A stretch of 64,000 nucleotides of DNA from Mobula hypostoma. Its lineage: Eukaryota. The position numbers were made by a program, and so were the translations under genes. Every line of letters starts with the position of its first letter. Within the stretch, counting starts at the first letter, position 1. The notes under the pieces were generated by a model. The model was not told the origin of the DNA. It saw only the letters and a program-made list of their open reading frames with translations, and did no database searches. This document shows, piece after piece, positions 11,255-24,627 of the stretch. The stretch covers positions 10,108,001 to 10,172,000 of the forward strand of contig NC_086101.1 in assembly GCF_963921235.1 (NCBI RefSeq), in the 5' to 3' direction.

Positions 11255-14200
11255 TATTTCATCAAAATGCACTTTATTCAAAATAAAATATTCACAAGAA
11301 TACTCTAAACCGTTCCAGGTCTTTGCTTACATAGTTATTGTGTTAGGTAGTTTTCTATTACATTCATTAAAAACAATCGGGCTGTTGTATCTCACGTGGC
11401 TCCCTGGGGTGTTCACTCCTGCAGTAACTGAGGTGCTTCCTCACCCAACCAGGCCGCTCCCTGTCCAGTAGCGGAAAACCCCTATACCTTCAAGGCGCCC
11501 CACGGCACGTACTTCTGCATTCTCAATGTGCCAGTCGCCAGCAACGCTCCGATGAACAAGTTTCGGGCAGACCAAAGGGCGTCATTCACCGAGCTGACAC
11601 TGATGTCGTTTTTCTGTGCGTCGCTGGAAAACAGCCCCGAGATTAGAGTGTCCTCTGTCACGCATCTTCTCGGGATGGACCGTAGCACAGGCCTCGCATC
11701 TCTCTCCACATCCTGTTTGCAAACCTACAGTCAGCAAAGAGGTGTGCGACGGTCGTTTTCCTGCTATTGTCGTTATATTATAGTATTATAGTAGTTACAT
11801 TGGCCACCCTCCAATCTTCAGGAACTAATCCAGAATCTAAACAGTTTTGAAAAAATATCACTAGTGCATCCACTATTTCTTGGGCTACTTCCTTAAGCAT
11901 GCTAGGATGCAGACCATCTGGCCCTGGGGATTTAGCTGCCTTTAATCTCTTCAATTTACCTAACACCACTTCCCTACTAACATGTATTTTCCTCAGTTCC
12001 TCCATCTCACTAGCCCCTCAGTTCCATACTATTTCCAGAAGATTATTTATGTCCTCCTTAGTGAAGACAGAACCAAAGTAGTTATTCAATTGATCTGCCA
12101 TGTCCTTGTTCCCCATGATCAACTCACCTGTTTCTGACTGTATGAAACCAGCAACTTTGATGTGTGTTGCTTGAATTTCCAGCATCTGCAGAATTCCTGT
12201 TGTTTGTCTTAACAAATCTTTTTCTTTTCACATATCTATAAAAGCTCTAAAATAGTCAGTTTTTATGTTCCCTGCCCGCTTTCTCTCATAATCTTTTTTC
12301 CCTTTCCTAATTAAGCCCTTTGTCCTCCTCTGCTGGACTCTGAATTTCTCCCAGTCCTCAGATGTGCCGCTTTTTCTGGTTAATTTGTATGCTTCTTCTT
12401 TGGAATTGATACTATCCCTAATTTCCCTTGTCAGCCATGGGTGCACTACCTTCCCTGGTTTATTCTTTTGCCAAACTGGGATGAACAATTGTAGTTCATC
12501 CATACGATCTTTAAATGCCTGCCATTGCATATCCACTGTCAACCCTTTAAGTATCATTTGCCAGTCTATCTTAGCTAATCCACATCTCATACCTTCAAAG
12601 TGACCCTTCTTTAAGTTCAGAACCTTTGTTTCTGAATTAACTATGTCATTCTCCATCTTAATGAAGAACTCCACCATATTATGGTCACTCTTACCCAAGT
12701 GGCCTCTTATGACAAGATTGCTAATTAACCCTTCCTCATTGCTCAATACCCAGTCTCGAATAGCCTGCTCTCTAGTTGGTTCCTCGACATGTTGGTTCAG
12801 AAAACTGTCCCGCATACATCCCAAGAAATCCTCTTCCTCAGCACCCTTCCCAATTTGGTTCACCCAATCTATATGCAGATTAAAGTCACCCATTATAACT
12901 GCTGTTCCTTTATTGCACACATTTCTATTTGCACATTCTATCATAACTATCTGCACATTCAATTCATCCACCTTGTTATGAATGCTCCTTGCATTGAAAC
13001 ACAAAGCCTTCAGGCTTGCTTTTACAACACTCTTAGCCCTTATACAATTATGTTGAAAATATAATACTATATTTTAGTATTCCCGCTTTTTTAAAAAAGG
13101 AGGGAGAGAGAAACTGGGGAATTATAGACCGGTTAGCCTGATATCGGTGGTGGGGAAAATGCTAGAGTCAGTTATCAAAGATGTGATAACAGCACATTTG
13201 GAAAGCAGTGAAATCATCAGACAAAGTCAGCATGGATTTGTGAAAGGAAAATCATGTCTGACGAATCTCATAGAATTTTTTGAGGATGTAACTAGTAGAG
13301 TGGATAGGGGAGAACCAGTGGATGTGGTATATTTGGATTTTCAAAAGGCTTTTGACAGGATCCCACACAGGAGATTAGTGTGCAAACTGAAAGCACACAA
13401 TATTGGGGGTAAGGTATTTATGTGGATAGAGAATTGGTTGGCAGACAGGAAGCAAAGAGTGGGAATAAATGGGACCTTTTCAGAATGCAAGCAGTGACTA
13501 GTGGGGTACTGCAAGGCTCAGTGCTGGGACCCCAGTTGTTAACAATATATATTAATGACTTAGACGAGGGAATTAAATGCAGCACCTCCAAGTTTGTGGA
13601 TGACACAAAGCTGGGCGGCAGTGTTAGCTGTGAGGAGGATGCTAAGAGGATGCAGGGTGACTTGTATAGATTAGGTAAGTGGGCAATTTCATGGCAGATG
13701 CAATTTAATGTGGATAAATGTGAGGTTATCCACTTTGGTGGCAAGAACAGGAAAACAGATTATTATCTGAATGGTGGCCGATTAGGAAAAGGGTAGGTGC
13801 AACGAGACCTGGGTGTCATTGTACACCAGTCATTGAAAGTGGGCATGCAAGTACAGCAGGCAGTGAAAAAGGGGAATGGTATGCTGGCATTCACAACAAG
13901 AGGATTTGAGTACAGGAGCAGGGAGGTACTACTGCAGTTGTACAAGGCCTTGGTGAGACCACACCTGGAGTATTGTGTGCAGTTTTGGTCCCCTAATCTG
14001 AGGAAAGACATTCTTGCCATAGAGGGAGTACAAAGGAGGTTCACCAGTTTGATTCCTGGGATGGCAGGACTTTCATATGATGAAAGACTGGATGAACTAG
14101 GCTTATATTCATTGGAATTTAGAAGATTGAGGGGGATCTTATTGCAATGTATAAAATTCTAAAGGGATTGGACAGGCTAGATGCAGGAAGATTGTTCCCA

Positions 14201-14890
14201 ATGTTGGGGAAGTCCAGAACGAGGGGCCACAGTTTGAGGATAGAGGGGAAGCCTTTTAGGACTGAGATGAGGAAAAACTTCTTCACACAGAGAGTGGTGA
14301 ATCTGTGGAATTCTCTGCCACAGGAAACTGTTGAGGCCAGTTCATTGGCTATATTTAAGAGGGAGTTAGATATGGCCCTTGCGGCTAAAGGGATCAGGGG
14401 GTATGGAGAGAAGGCAGGTACAGGGTTCTGAGTTGGATGATCAGCCATGATCATACTGAATGGCAGTGCAGGCTCGAAGGGCCGAATGGCCTACTCCTGC
14501 ACCTATTTTCTAAGTTTCTCTGTTTCTATGGTCATCTCGGGGCAGTGTATAGTGGTTGATGCTTCGGGCCTGCAGCAAGGAGCAGACTGGGAGGGTCCCT
14601 CACCACTAGCCAGGCAAGGCCTTGGTGCCTGTTGGCAGGATTTGACGATGAAGCGTTTTGACAGGTGATCTGGACTGCCTGCTGTGGGAACTAACACACT
14701 GTCACCAGAAAATCTGCAGATGCTGGAAATCCAAGCAACACGCGCAAATTGCGAGAGGAACTCAGCAGGCCAGGCAGCATCTACGGAAAAGAGTAAACAG
14801 TCGACGTTTCGGGCCGGGACCCTTCTCCAGGACTACCATTGTGTCAAGCGGGTCATTCTCCTGGATTGTCTGGAGGATGCTTCGTGCTGC
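11255..14890 (-). mobile_element. Old Tx1-clade LINE 3' remnant, split into about 11255-11772, 14530-14705 and 14835-14890
   Basis: CVTEDTLISGLF...SSVNDALWSARNL and the 14530-14700 DNA align with the Tx1 at 39205-41111. Confidence 0.8.
11792..14528 (+). mobile_element. CR1 with inverted 5' part (11792-13058 minus; 13082-14528 plus)
   Basis: Minus piece ends at ...DWRVANVT and the plus piece resumes at PLF-KKGG...; tail TTTCTATG near 14525. Confidence 0.9.
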
Positions 14891-15093
14891 ACACACAAAA
14901 TGCTGGAAAACCTAAGCAGCTCAGGCAGCATCTATGAAGAATGAGTACAGTAAACAGTCGACGATTCGTCAGTCATCAGGACTGAAACCTCGACTGATTA
15001 CTCTTTTCGATAGCTGCTGTCTGACCTGTAGAATTCCTCCTGCATTTTGCAGGGATTTCTGTGATGCGCGGGTTTCCATTATCTGCAGATTTT
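14710..15093. mobile_element. Two degenerate Penelope-derived short repeats (14710-14834; inverted pair 14890-15093)
   Basis: Same family as 340-593; hammerhead core mutated (CTGGAGA) or deleted. Confidence 0.7.
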
Positions 15094-15094
15094 C

Positions 15095-15480
15095 TCGTCT
15101 GGATGTGCGGCGCTGACCACTTCCTGACTGACAAGTGGTCAAATGTGTTGGCCCGGAGCAAATGTGACCAAGTACATTAAAGCAGCTTTCACATCCAGGA
15201 GGGGATAAACAACGTTGCTGCCCGGAACTTCCTGCGATTCTGAGCACAAACTCGGCGCTTCCATCGGACTGAAATCTACGGTCTGTCACTCAAACACATT
15301 CAGTGCCGAGGAGTGAGCCCCGCCCGGTGTGAGCGTTTGGAGGGAACAAGCGGGGAGCGAGTGTGTCTAGAGGGGAGGCTGGAAATCGGGAGTGGCGTCC
15401 CGGGCAAACGCTGCAGCACCGACCGGAGCTGCGAATTCTTTCAATAGTGGTGGTGGTGAAGAGACTGGCAGAAACACCGT
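15095..15480. promoter_or_regulatory. CpG-rich candidate promoter
   Basis: Locally retained CpGs, ETS-like ACTTCCTG near 15119 and 15227, GC box CCCCGCCC near 15317. Confidence 0.35.
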
Positions 15481-15764
15481 GAGATGCTTCGTCTACACGG
15501 AAGATGCCCGGCTTTTGTTTACCACCGTGAAAAGGGCCTATGTTCTGCAGCTGCCTCCTGCTGCTGGGAGACGGGAGCTGCTGTGCTCTCACCGCTCCCC
15601 TGTGCAAGCCGACAGGCTGGAGGGCAAGGGAGAACAAGTACTATTTAAACCTTTGCCAAACAGGCAGTCTCGGGGTAGCCGAAGACATTGTGGAGACATT
15701 AGTGGCGATCTTTCAATTTTCACTGGATTCCGGAGTGGTAAGCAAATCAATTCCGGCGTATATT

Positions 15765-18700
15765 ATATAGTTAAATTAAAAATGCAAAAACAGAAATAAT
15801 ATAAAAAGTGAGGTAGTGTTTATGGGTTCAACTTCCATTTAGGAATTGGGTGGCAGAGGGGAAGAAGCAGTTCATGAATCACTGAGTGTGTGCCTTCTCC
15901 CTTCAAGACCCCGTTCCTGATGGTAACAATGAGAAGAGGGTTGATGGGGTCCTTTCTGAGGCACCACTCCTTGAAGATGTCTTGGATACTACGGAGGCTA
16001 GTACCCAAGATGGAGCTGACTAAATTTGCAACTTTCAGTAGCTTCTTTCGATATTGTACAGTAGCCCGACCTCCCCATACCAGACAGAGATGCAGCCTGT
16101 CAGCATGCTCTCCACAGTACATCTGCAGAAGTTTCAAGTGTTTTAGGTGACACACCAAATCTCCTCAAGCTCCAAATGCTATGTAGTCACTGTCTTGCCT
16201 TCTTTATAGCTGCATCGGTATGTTAGGACCAGGTTAGATCCTCAGAGATCTTGATACCCAGGAACTTGAAATTGCTCACTCTCTCCAATTATGATCCCTC
16301 TATGAGGACTGCTGTGTGTGTGTGTACCAGTCTTCTGTGAAGTACACAATCAGCTTTTTGGTCTTAGATAGATAGACAGACGTACTTTACTGATCCCGAG
16401 GGAAACTGGGTTTCGTTACAGTTGCACCAACCAAGAATAGAGTATAAATATAGCAAAATAAAACCATAAATAATTAAATAATAATATGTAAATTATGCCA
16501 GATGGAAATAAGTCCAGGACTAGCCTATTGGCTCAGGGTGTCTGACCCTCCAAGGGAGGAGTTGTATAGTTTGATGGCCACAGGCAGGAATGACTTGCTA
16601 TGATGCTCAGAGTGCCTCATAAGCCTCCTCCGACCATTTCCTCACTGTCCTCGAGGTTGCAGGTTTACTCCACCAGAGGCACGTAGCACGGTTTGAGATG
16701 CACCAGGTTGTGATCTGACCTTCCCAACGGGTGGAGGGGAGAGCAGCTGTATGCATCCTTAATGTTAGCATACATCAAGTCCAGAGTCCTCTCCCCTCTG
16801 GTTGTACAGCTCACATACTGCGTGAAGCTCACTTACTGACGGTGAGGCCAAGGTTGTTGCTGTGACATTGCCTAGCTAGATATAGATCCCACTCCTGTAC
16901 ATCCACTTGTCTCCATCTGAGATTCTACCAACAATGGTTGTATCATCAGTGAATTTATAGATGGCATTTGAGCTATGCCCAGTCGTGGGTACAGAGAGAG
17001 TAGACCTGGCAGCTGAGCACACAACCCTGAGGTGCACCCATGTTGATTGTCCGTGAGGAGGAGGTATTATTACCAATCCGCACAGATTGTGGTCTTCCGG
17101 TTTGGAAGTCAAGGATCTAACTGCAGTGGGAGCTACAGAGGCCCAGTTTCTGTACCTTATCAATCAGGACCATAGGAGTGATGTTGGTAAACACCGAGAT
17201 ATAGTCAATGAGCAGCATCCTGACATAGATGTTTGTATTGTCCAGGTGATCTCAGGCCATGTGAAGAGACTTTGAGATTGTGTCTGCCACAGACCTATTG
17301 CGGCAATTGGCATATTGCAGTGGGTCCAGGTCATTGCTGAGGCGGAAGTTAATTCTGGCCATTACCAGCCTCTCAAAGCATTTCATCACTGTAGATGTGA
17401 GTGTTACTGGATAATATCCATTAAGGCAGCTCATACTACTCTCCTTGGGCACTGCTATAATTGTTGCCCTTTTTGAACCAGGTGGTTGCTTCCAACCGCC
17501 AGTAGGTTGGCACAAGTTTTCAGAGCCTTACCAGGTACTCCGTCAGGGCCTGCTGCCTTGTGAGGGTTCACCCTCCTGAGAGACTGCTTGACATCAGCCT
17601 CTGAGACAGAGATCACAGGGTCACTGGATGCAGCAGGGATCTTCACAGGTACAGATATATCCTTCCCTTCAAAGAGGGCATAGAAGGTGTTGAGCTCGTC
17701 TGGTACTGAAGCATTGGTGCCATTCATGCTATTGGGTTTTGCTTTGTAGGAAATAATGTAATGTAACCTCCTACCTCCTACCTCGCTCAGAATTACTACT
17801 TTGCTCTTGAAATAGCCCTTCACAAATCATACCTGGTTTTCTTACGCTGATCTGGGTTGCAAGATTTAAATGCCGTAGAATTAGCCCTCAACCGACAATA
17901 AACCTCTTGGTTCATCCACGGCTTTAGCTTCGGGACTGCACAGCAAGTTTTTGTAGGGACACACTCACCCTCACAGGTTTCAATGAAGTTGGTATCAACT
18001 GAGGCATACTCATCCAGATTCGAAGATCAATCCCTGAATGCAGTCCCGTTAGCGTACCTGTGCTTCCCTTGTCCATACCTTCTTGGTCCTCACTACTGGT
18101 GTTGTAGTCTTCAGTATTTGTTGAATTCAGGGAGTGGAAGTACAACCAGGTGATCAGACTTTCCAAAGTGCGGAGTGGAATAGCATGGTAAGCCCTTTTG
18201 ATCTTAGTGTAACAGTGCATCGTTTCCTCTGATACTACAAGTGATTTGCTGATGATAATTATTTGGTGATTTTTTTCAAGCTGCCCTGGTTAAAATCCCC
18301 TAAAATTTTGGGGAAGGCATGAGGTTCTGCTGTTTGGTGCATGTTGATCACATTGTTCAGAACATCCGGAGTCTGTTTGACATTGGCCTGAGATGGAATG
18401 TACAACGTGATCAAAATGACTGCTGAAATCCACCATGGCGTGTAAAATGGCCTGCACTTTATTGTGAGATATTCCAGGTCTTATGAGCAGAATTGAGACA
18501 TCACTGAAACATTTGTGCACCAAGAGATATTGATCATGAGGCACACACCACCATCTCTGCTTTTGGGAGACTCAATAGTCCTATCCTGATGGTGTACAGT
18601 CAACCCGTGAATCTCAGTCGCTGTGTCCGGTATGGAGGGCGTTACCCTGGAGTCTGTGAAGCACAGGATGAACGTGATCCTAATGTCCCTATGATACAGC

Positions 18701-19005
18701 ACCTTAGCTTTGAGATCATCAGTTTTATTTACCAGGGACAGTATGTTTACCAGCAAGATAGTTGATTTGGTAGTCAACAAACCTTATGTTTTTTTAAATG
18801 CAGTTGTAGCCCAAAGCAGCAGCAATGTTTCTGATGAGAAGTCGTCCTCTGTTGGATTTGAACAGTGATGATAGATTGTTCAATCGCATTAAAATATATT
18901 TACTAACTTTACAGACCTTGGATGCAGTTGTGATTCTCAATTGTAGCAGGCTGAAGCAGGAATATTTAGTCGTATCCTTTGAGCTGAACCACTTCAAGTT
19001 TGCCA
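15765..19005 (-). mobile_element. Near full-length decayed Rex1/Babar LINE with a nested second Rex1 derivative (about 16366-16830)
   Basis: SLVNKTDDL...CFTDS (endonuclease), YYPVTLTSTVMKCFERLV, KFTDDTTIVGRIS, and a typical 3' end. Confidence 0.85.
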
Positions 19006-19135
19006 TTGAAGGGAACCCAGAGGTCTGAAACGATGACTGCTTACTCTTTTCCATAGATGCTGCCTGGCCTGTTGAGTTCTTCCAGCAATTTGTGTGTGTT
19101 GCTTTAGATTTCCATCATCTGCAGATTTTCTTGGG
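19005..19135 (+). mobile_element. Penelope-derived short repeat, degenerate
   Basis: GAAACGATGACT...GATGCTGCCTGGCCTG...TGTGTGTTGC. Confidence 0.65.
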
Positions 19136-19144
19136 CTTGTGACA

Positions 19145-20350
19145 AAGCTATTGCACTCTTGCAGGAATAACAGACAGGATGGACATCAGAGAATCTGTAG
19201 ATGTTGTTTACTTGGACGTTCAGAAGGCATTTGACAAGGAGCCACACGAGGCTGCTAAACATGGTAAGAACCCGTGGAATTACAGGAGAGATACCAGCAT
19301 GAAGGGAAGATTGACTGACTCTCAGGAGGCAGAGACTGGGAATAAATGGGGACTTTTCTGGTTGGCTGCTGGTGACTAGTGGTATTCATTGTGGTCGGTA
19401 CTGGGATATCTTTTCATGTTTTATGCAAATGATATGGATGGCAGAATTGATGTTTTTTTTGTGGCCAGGTTTACAGATAATATAAAGACAGCTGGAGAGG
19501 TAAGTGGTGTTCAGGAAGCAGGAAGTCTGCAGTAGGCCTTAGACAGATTAGCAGAATGGTCAAGGAAGTGGCAGCTGGTATATAGTGTCGGGAAGTTCAT
19601 GGTGATGCATGTTGGTAGAAGGAATAAAGGTGCAGACTATTAAATGGGGAGCAAATTCAGAAATCAGAGGTGAAAGGGGACTTGTGGGGTCCTTGTGCAT
19701 TATTACCTAAAGGTTAACATGCAGGTTCTAGTACAATGCTAGCGTGAATTTTGAGATGACTAGAATGTGAAAGAAGAATGTAATGCTGAGTCTTTATAAG
19801 GAGGAGGTCAGACCACATTTGGAATGTTGTTGGTAGTTTTGGGCTCCTTATATAACACAGAATGTAATAGTAATGGATAAGGTCCAGAGGAGGTTCAGAA
19901 GGGTGAACCTGGTCAGGAACAGGTTAGTTATGAGGAGCATTTATTATTGCAGTTTAGTAGAATGACGGGGTATCTCATTGTGACCAATCAAATATTGAAT
20001 GGCCTACATAGAGTAGATGAGAGGATGTTTCCAATAGTGGGAGAGTCTAGAATCAGGGGCACAGACTCCTAATACAAGGACATCCCTTTAGTACAGGGGT
20101 GAGGGGAAATTTCTTCAGCTAGCGAATTGTTAATCTGGAGTTCATTGTCACAGACAGCTGTGGAGGACAAGTCATTTGAATGTATTTAAAGTAGAGGTTG
20201 ATAGGTTCTTGATTTGTAAGGGAGTTGAAGATTATAGGAAGAATGCAGGAGAATGGGGCTGAGAGGGGAAATAAATCAGCCATGATTGAGTAGCAGAGCA
20301 GATTCGATGGCCTGAATAGCCTAATTCTGCTCCTATGTTCTATGGTCTTA
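19145..20350 (+). mobile_element. Decayed CR1 3' portion
   Basis: VDVVYLDVQKAFDK; CR1 3' end and TATGGTCT-type tail. Confidence 0.85.
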
Positions 20351-20598
20351 TTATCAAGTGCTATTTGATCCTGTCTGTCATAAACTTTCGCATCACGGAT
20401 GTTTGGCTGAGCATTCTGGCGTTCCCTGTCTCTGCAGCCTCTTGTGTGACTTCGCCAGAGTTTCATACAGCCACAAGATGGCGCCAGTGAACCACGGTGC
20501 CGTTTGGATGCCTGCAGACCAGACAATGAACCCCTCAGTTGTCTGTGTTGACATTTTATGTACTTTGATAATAAATTTACTTTGAATTTGCCAACTTC

Positions 20599-20886
20599 TT
20601 ATGCCTTAAAACGAAAGACTGTGTGGCGCGCCACTCCTCACACAGACAGCAGGTGGCCGTTGGCTCACAAAGAGTTCATCCGCCCTTGGACAGGTTTTGT
20701 TTTTAGCCCTGCTGGGTGCCTACAATCCCTCCTCCCTGGCAAACCGAAGTGCACCGGGGGTGTTCTGCTTGAGTCGCCGACAATGCGACCCGAGACAGGT
20801 AGTACTGGGCTACGTGGTACCAGTAGCAAGGGAAGGCCCTGACGCTGACGCTGGCCCCCAGGCCTGAGTCGACGTAGTAGTAGTAG
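20599..20886 (+). mobile_element. Short GC-rich retroposon with (GTA)n tail and 10-bp TSD
   Basis: TGCCAACTTC at 20589-20598 and 20887-20896. Confidence 0.75.
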
Positions 20887-21792
20887 TGCCAACTTCCATA
20901 CTCAATGCACCGACAGATGGAGGCAAGCATGTCCTACTCCTTCCTGACTACACTGTCACTCATTGAGAGAGCTGTGGACATAGATCCCAAGATCCCTCTG
21001 TACATCAATGCTCTGAGAGGGCTGCCATTTGCTGTGTACTTTCCCCTTACCTTTAACTTCCCATAATGCATCCTCTCTCACATGTCCAGATTAAACTCCA
21101 TCTGCCATTTCAAAGGTTTCAAAGGTACATTTAGTGTCAGAGAAATGTATGCAATATACATCCTGAAATGCTTTTGCTTCGCAACCATCCATGAAAACAG
21201 AGGAGTGCCCCAAAGAATGAATGACAGTTAAATGTTAGAACCCCAAAGTCCTTCTATCTCCCCCCTCCCACGCATAAGCAGCAGCAAAGCAATGACCCCC
21301 CTCTCTCCCACCAGCAAAAAAAAACATCGGCACCCCCCACCGAGCACTCAAGCGTGCGGCAAAGCATCAATAAAGACACAAGCTTGCAGTACCCCGAAGA
21401 CTACTCGTTCACCCGGTAATTCAACATACCACAGGCTCTCTCTTTCTCCCTAATAAGGGAAAAAGAGATGCCTCTGTTTCACAGCCAGAGGGGAGACAAT
21501 AAACAACTCGCTGATTTACAACGTTAAAAGTCTGTTGTGTCACTTTTTCTCCTCTGCCATGGAATTTCTGAATCTACAAACACTATCTCTCTAGTTTGCT
21601 CTCTTTTGCACCATTCATTCATTTATTCATTCTCTTTCTGTTTACTAATCTACCTATTTGTTGTCTATCTACTTGTTTATCTATTTATTTATTTTTATTG
21701 TAATTTATATTTTTATGTATTACTGTGTATTTCAGCTGGAAAACTACAGATTCTGTGTTATACTGTAGGCCAATGATAACAAACCTGTTCAC

Positions 21793-21905
21793 AAACAAAG
21801 GAAAGTCTGCAGGTGCTGGAAATCCAAGCAACACACACAAAATGCTGGAGGAACTCAGCAGGCCAGGCAGCACCTATGGGAAAGAGTACAGTCAATGTTT
21901 CGGGC
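21793..21905 (-). mobile_element. Penelope-derived short repeat, truncated
   Basis: TGCTGGAAATCCAAGCAACACACACAAAATGCTGGAGGAACTCAGCAGG. Confidence 0.7.
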
Positions 21906-23289
21906 AAACCTAATTCTGATTCTGACTCACTGGACATCTCTCTTTTACTGGAAGTTGGAAATGAAGCTGAAAGCAACAATGAGGAGGAAAACTGTACGTT
22001 GGCCTTTTTTGCAAGAGGATTTGGATCCAGGTCGAACTTAAACTACAATAGTGTAATTATCAAAAAAAAAACATAATTCAAGCATGTTTCTGATCTGACA
22101 ATGAGGAATTATGGTTTCTTACATCAAAGCAGGTCTATAAGAGATGAAGTCAGGTAGTTTTCCTGTGTCTGAGTAATCCCAGTGTATCCGACATCTCACA
22201 GTGTCATGTCTTCTCTGGATTGCCCTTTTTATTGTGATTGTTTGCATGCATTTTAAATTATTTAAATCACAATTTCCCAAACATTATATTTAGCCACTTC
22301 TTCACCCTCCTGCCTGACACCTCTATGTATCCCTCGACCCCTTGTATCTTCCCTCAGCTCAGTCTGTCCCCTGCTCTGAACAACATCAGGAATAGAAAAA
22401 AGAGGAGGTCATTCAGTTTCTCACACTTGCTGTCCTAACAGAAACACCATTCGCCTGTGCTGATGTCATCTCCATGAGTTCCATTCTTATTGAAAAAAAA
22501 CCTACCACTGACTCTCTTGAACATACTGGCTCTCTAAAAATCCCACACCAAACCCACCCCTGGACTGTGAGCTTGAAATATTCACTCCTTCTTGGTGAAT
22601 TAATTTATTATCTTCGGAATGGTCGTCTCCTCACTGTGACCCCTCCTTCTAGATGCCCCAGAAACCAGAAACATCAGCCCTACATCTTCCCTGTGAAGTC
22701 AGGAAGAAGTCTGTAAGATTCAGTTTGATGGCCACACATTCTTTGAAATTATGGTTTGTGTGATTTTGCTCCTGATAGTCCAACAGAAGAGGTGCACAGG
22801 GATGTGGCCATCACCTCATGCATACTCCATTCCCTACTCATGCCACACACACACACACATCTGGGCTGAGGCACAGAAAACTATGCCTACTGCCTCCCCT
22901 CTAACCCTCCAAACCTTGATCCTTCCTCTGACTGTTCCCTACCCCTCAATCACCACCCAGCCTCCCTTAGACCCTCTCTCCCACGTCTCCACGTCCTGCC
23001 TCTTCCTCCTGCATTCCCCACACAGACCCTCACTCCCACTCCACCTTCTGAGCCTCGGCACTCCCCCTCCTCTCCACATCCTCCCTCACCCCACCTCCAT
23101 GCACCCCTCACCCCAGTCCATCCTACTCCCTCACTCTCCAGCTCTGTGAACATGACTTCATTTGCCAAAAGGCCCCCACCAGGGAGTCAAAGGTCATCAC
23201 ACACTCCTCCCTGTGTGGGTTTCTCTCTGCCCCTCTGACTCTCAGATTTCCAGTGCCTCGTTCTCTCCATCTGGGACAGTGGAACACAA

Positions 23290-23960
23290 GATTATGATTG
23301 AATAACTGTTACCAAGACAATTTTAATGGATGGCTGGGACTGGCAGCTCGGTATTCCTGAGCACAGCAGCTACAGGTGTGATAGAAATGGAGATCAGAGA
23401 TCGGGGAGGGGGCGGGTCACGATGTCGGTTAGGGAGAGCATCACCACTCAGCTTACAGAGATGTTCCTGGGGGGAATTTGCAGTGAGGCTAAATTAGTAG
23501 GTTAAAAATAAGAGGGAGGCAAACATTGGAGCAATTTTCTCTACAGTACTTCAAGAGATACACTTAGGAGGGCATCCAGTGAGATTATAGTGGTTGAAGT
23601 TAGAAATGAGAGGAGGATAATCACTTTGTTGGGATTTAAGTATAGGTACCCAAAAGTCAGTGGGAATTGTGAGAGCCCAATTGAAGGGAGTTTGCAGATA
23701 TCTTTTGGAATAATAAATATGCAATCAGAGGTGACTTCAACATCCTTAATATTGTCTGGGACAGAGGGATCTGCCAGGGCACAATTTGTAAAACGTGTTC
23801 CTGAAATTTTGACAAGCTTTATGTAGATAGTTCAACTAGAGAAGGGATTACACTTGACTGCCTTCTAGTAACTAAGGGTGGGGAAATGGTTAGTCTGTCA
23901 GTGGGGAAGCATTTTGCCCAAGTGAGCATCTTTCTGTGAGTTTTAAAATAATTATGGAGA
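23290..23960 (+). mobile_element. Highly decayed CR1 endonuclease fragment
   Basis: VEVRN...ITLLG, QFVKRVPE similarity. Confidence 0.55.
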
Positions 23961-24011
23961 AAACGGGTCTGTGCTGAACCTGCATCTACCTGAAAAGCTG
24001 AGAAGAAAGAG

Positions 24012-24078
24012 TCTCTCTCTCTCTGTCTCTCTCTGTCTCTCTCTCTCTGTCTCTCTCTCTCTCTATCTCTATCTCTCA
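24012..24078. repeat. Imperfect (TC)n microsatellite
   Basis: Direct reading. Confidence 0.9.
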
Positions 24079-24627
24079 GTCTCTTCCCCCCACCCCCTCG
24101 CTCTGCCTCTGACACACACACATACCACGTGAGCTCAGGTATTTACCTTTATCCACAGCCTCGTCTTCACTTGTGCTTACACCCAGTCTCACCTGAACCT
24201 CCCTCAGAATTGATCCCTCCTGTCCTCTCCTTCAGTGTTTCTCCAGCCCCCACTCTGTATACCCTTCCTCAGACCTCTTGCCTCCAACACTTGCCCACCC
24301 CTCCCTTTGCTGCACCCTGTTTCCCACATGGTACCTTCCTGTGACCCCTGCATTGGGCTCTCCTTCCCACCCGAGTGAGTGAGGCTGAGTGACGGATGGG
24401 GCGAAAGGGGCACTGGAACACTGAGTGAAGGAGGGGCAGAAAGAAACCCACACTGAGAACCACGTGTGATCTTTGATCCTTCACTCCCTGCTCTCCCAGT
24501 GAGGTTCCCAGGGCTGGACGATGGGAGAGGAAAGGGGTAGACTTCCATCTGACCCTCAACCTCATTCATCCTTTTAATGCTCTGAATTCTGGACTCTGCC
24601 AATCCAGCTGATAAATGTTTCAAAGTA

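Noticed and set aside
15392..15799. 135-aa ORF in the CpG-rich block
   Set aside because: No recognisable homology, and it runs into CR1 and Rex1 fragments
20690..20790. HDV-like fold around CCCTCCTCCCTGG
   Set aside because: An L3-like loop is present but I could not assign convincing P1, P1.1 or P2
22880..23150. C-rich tract with Pro/His-rich ORF 22751-23149
   Set aside because: Low-complexity strand-biased sequence with no splice or homology support
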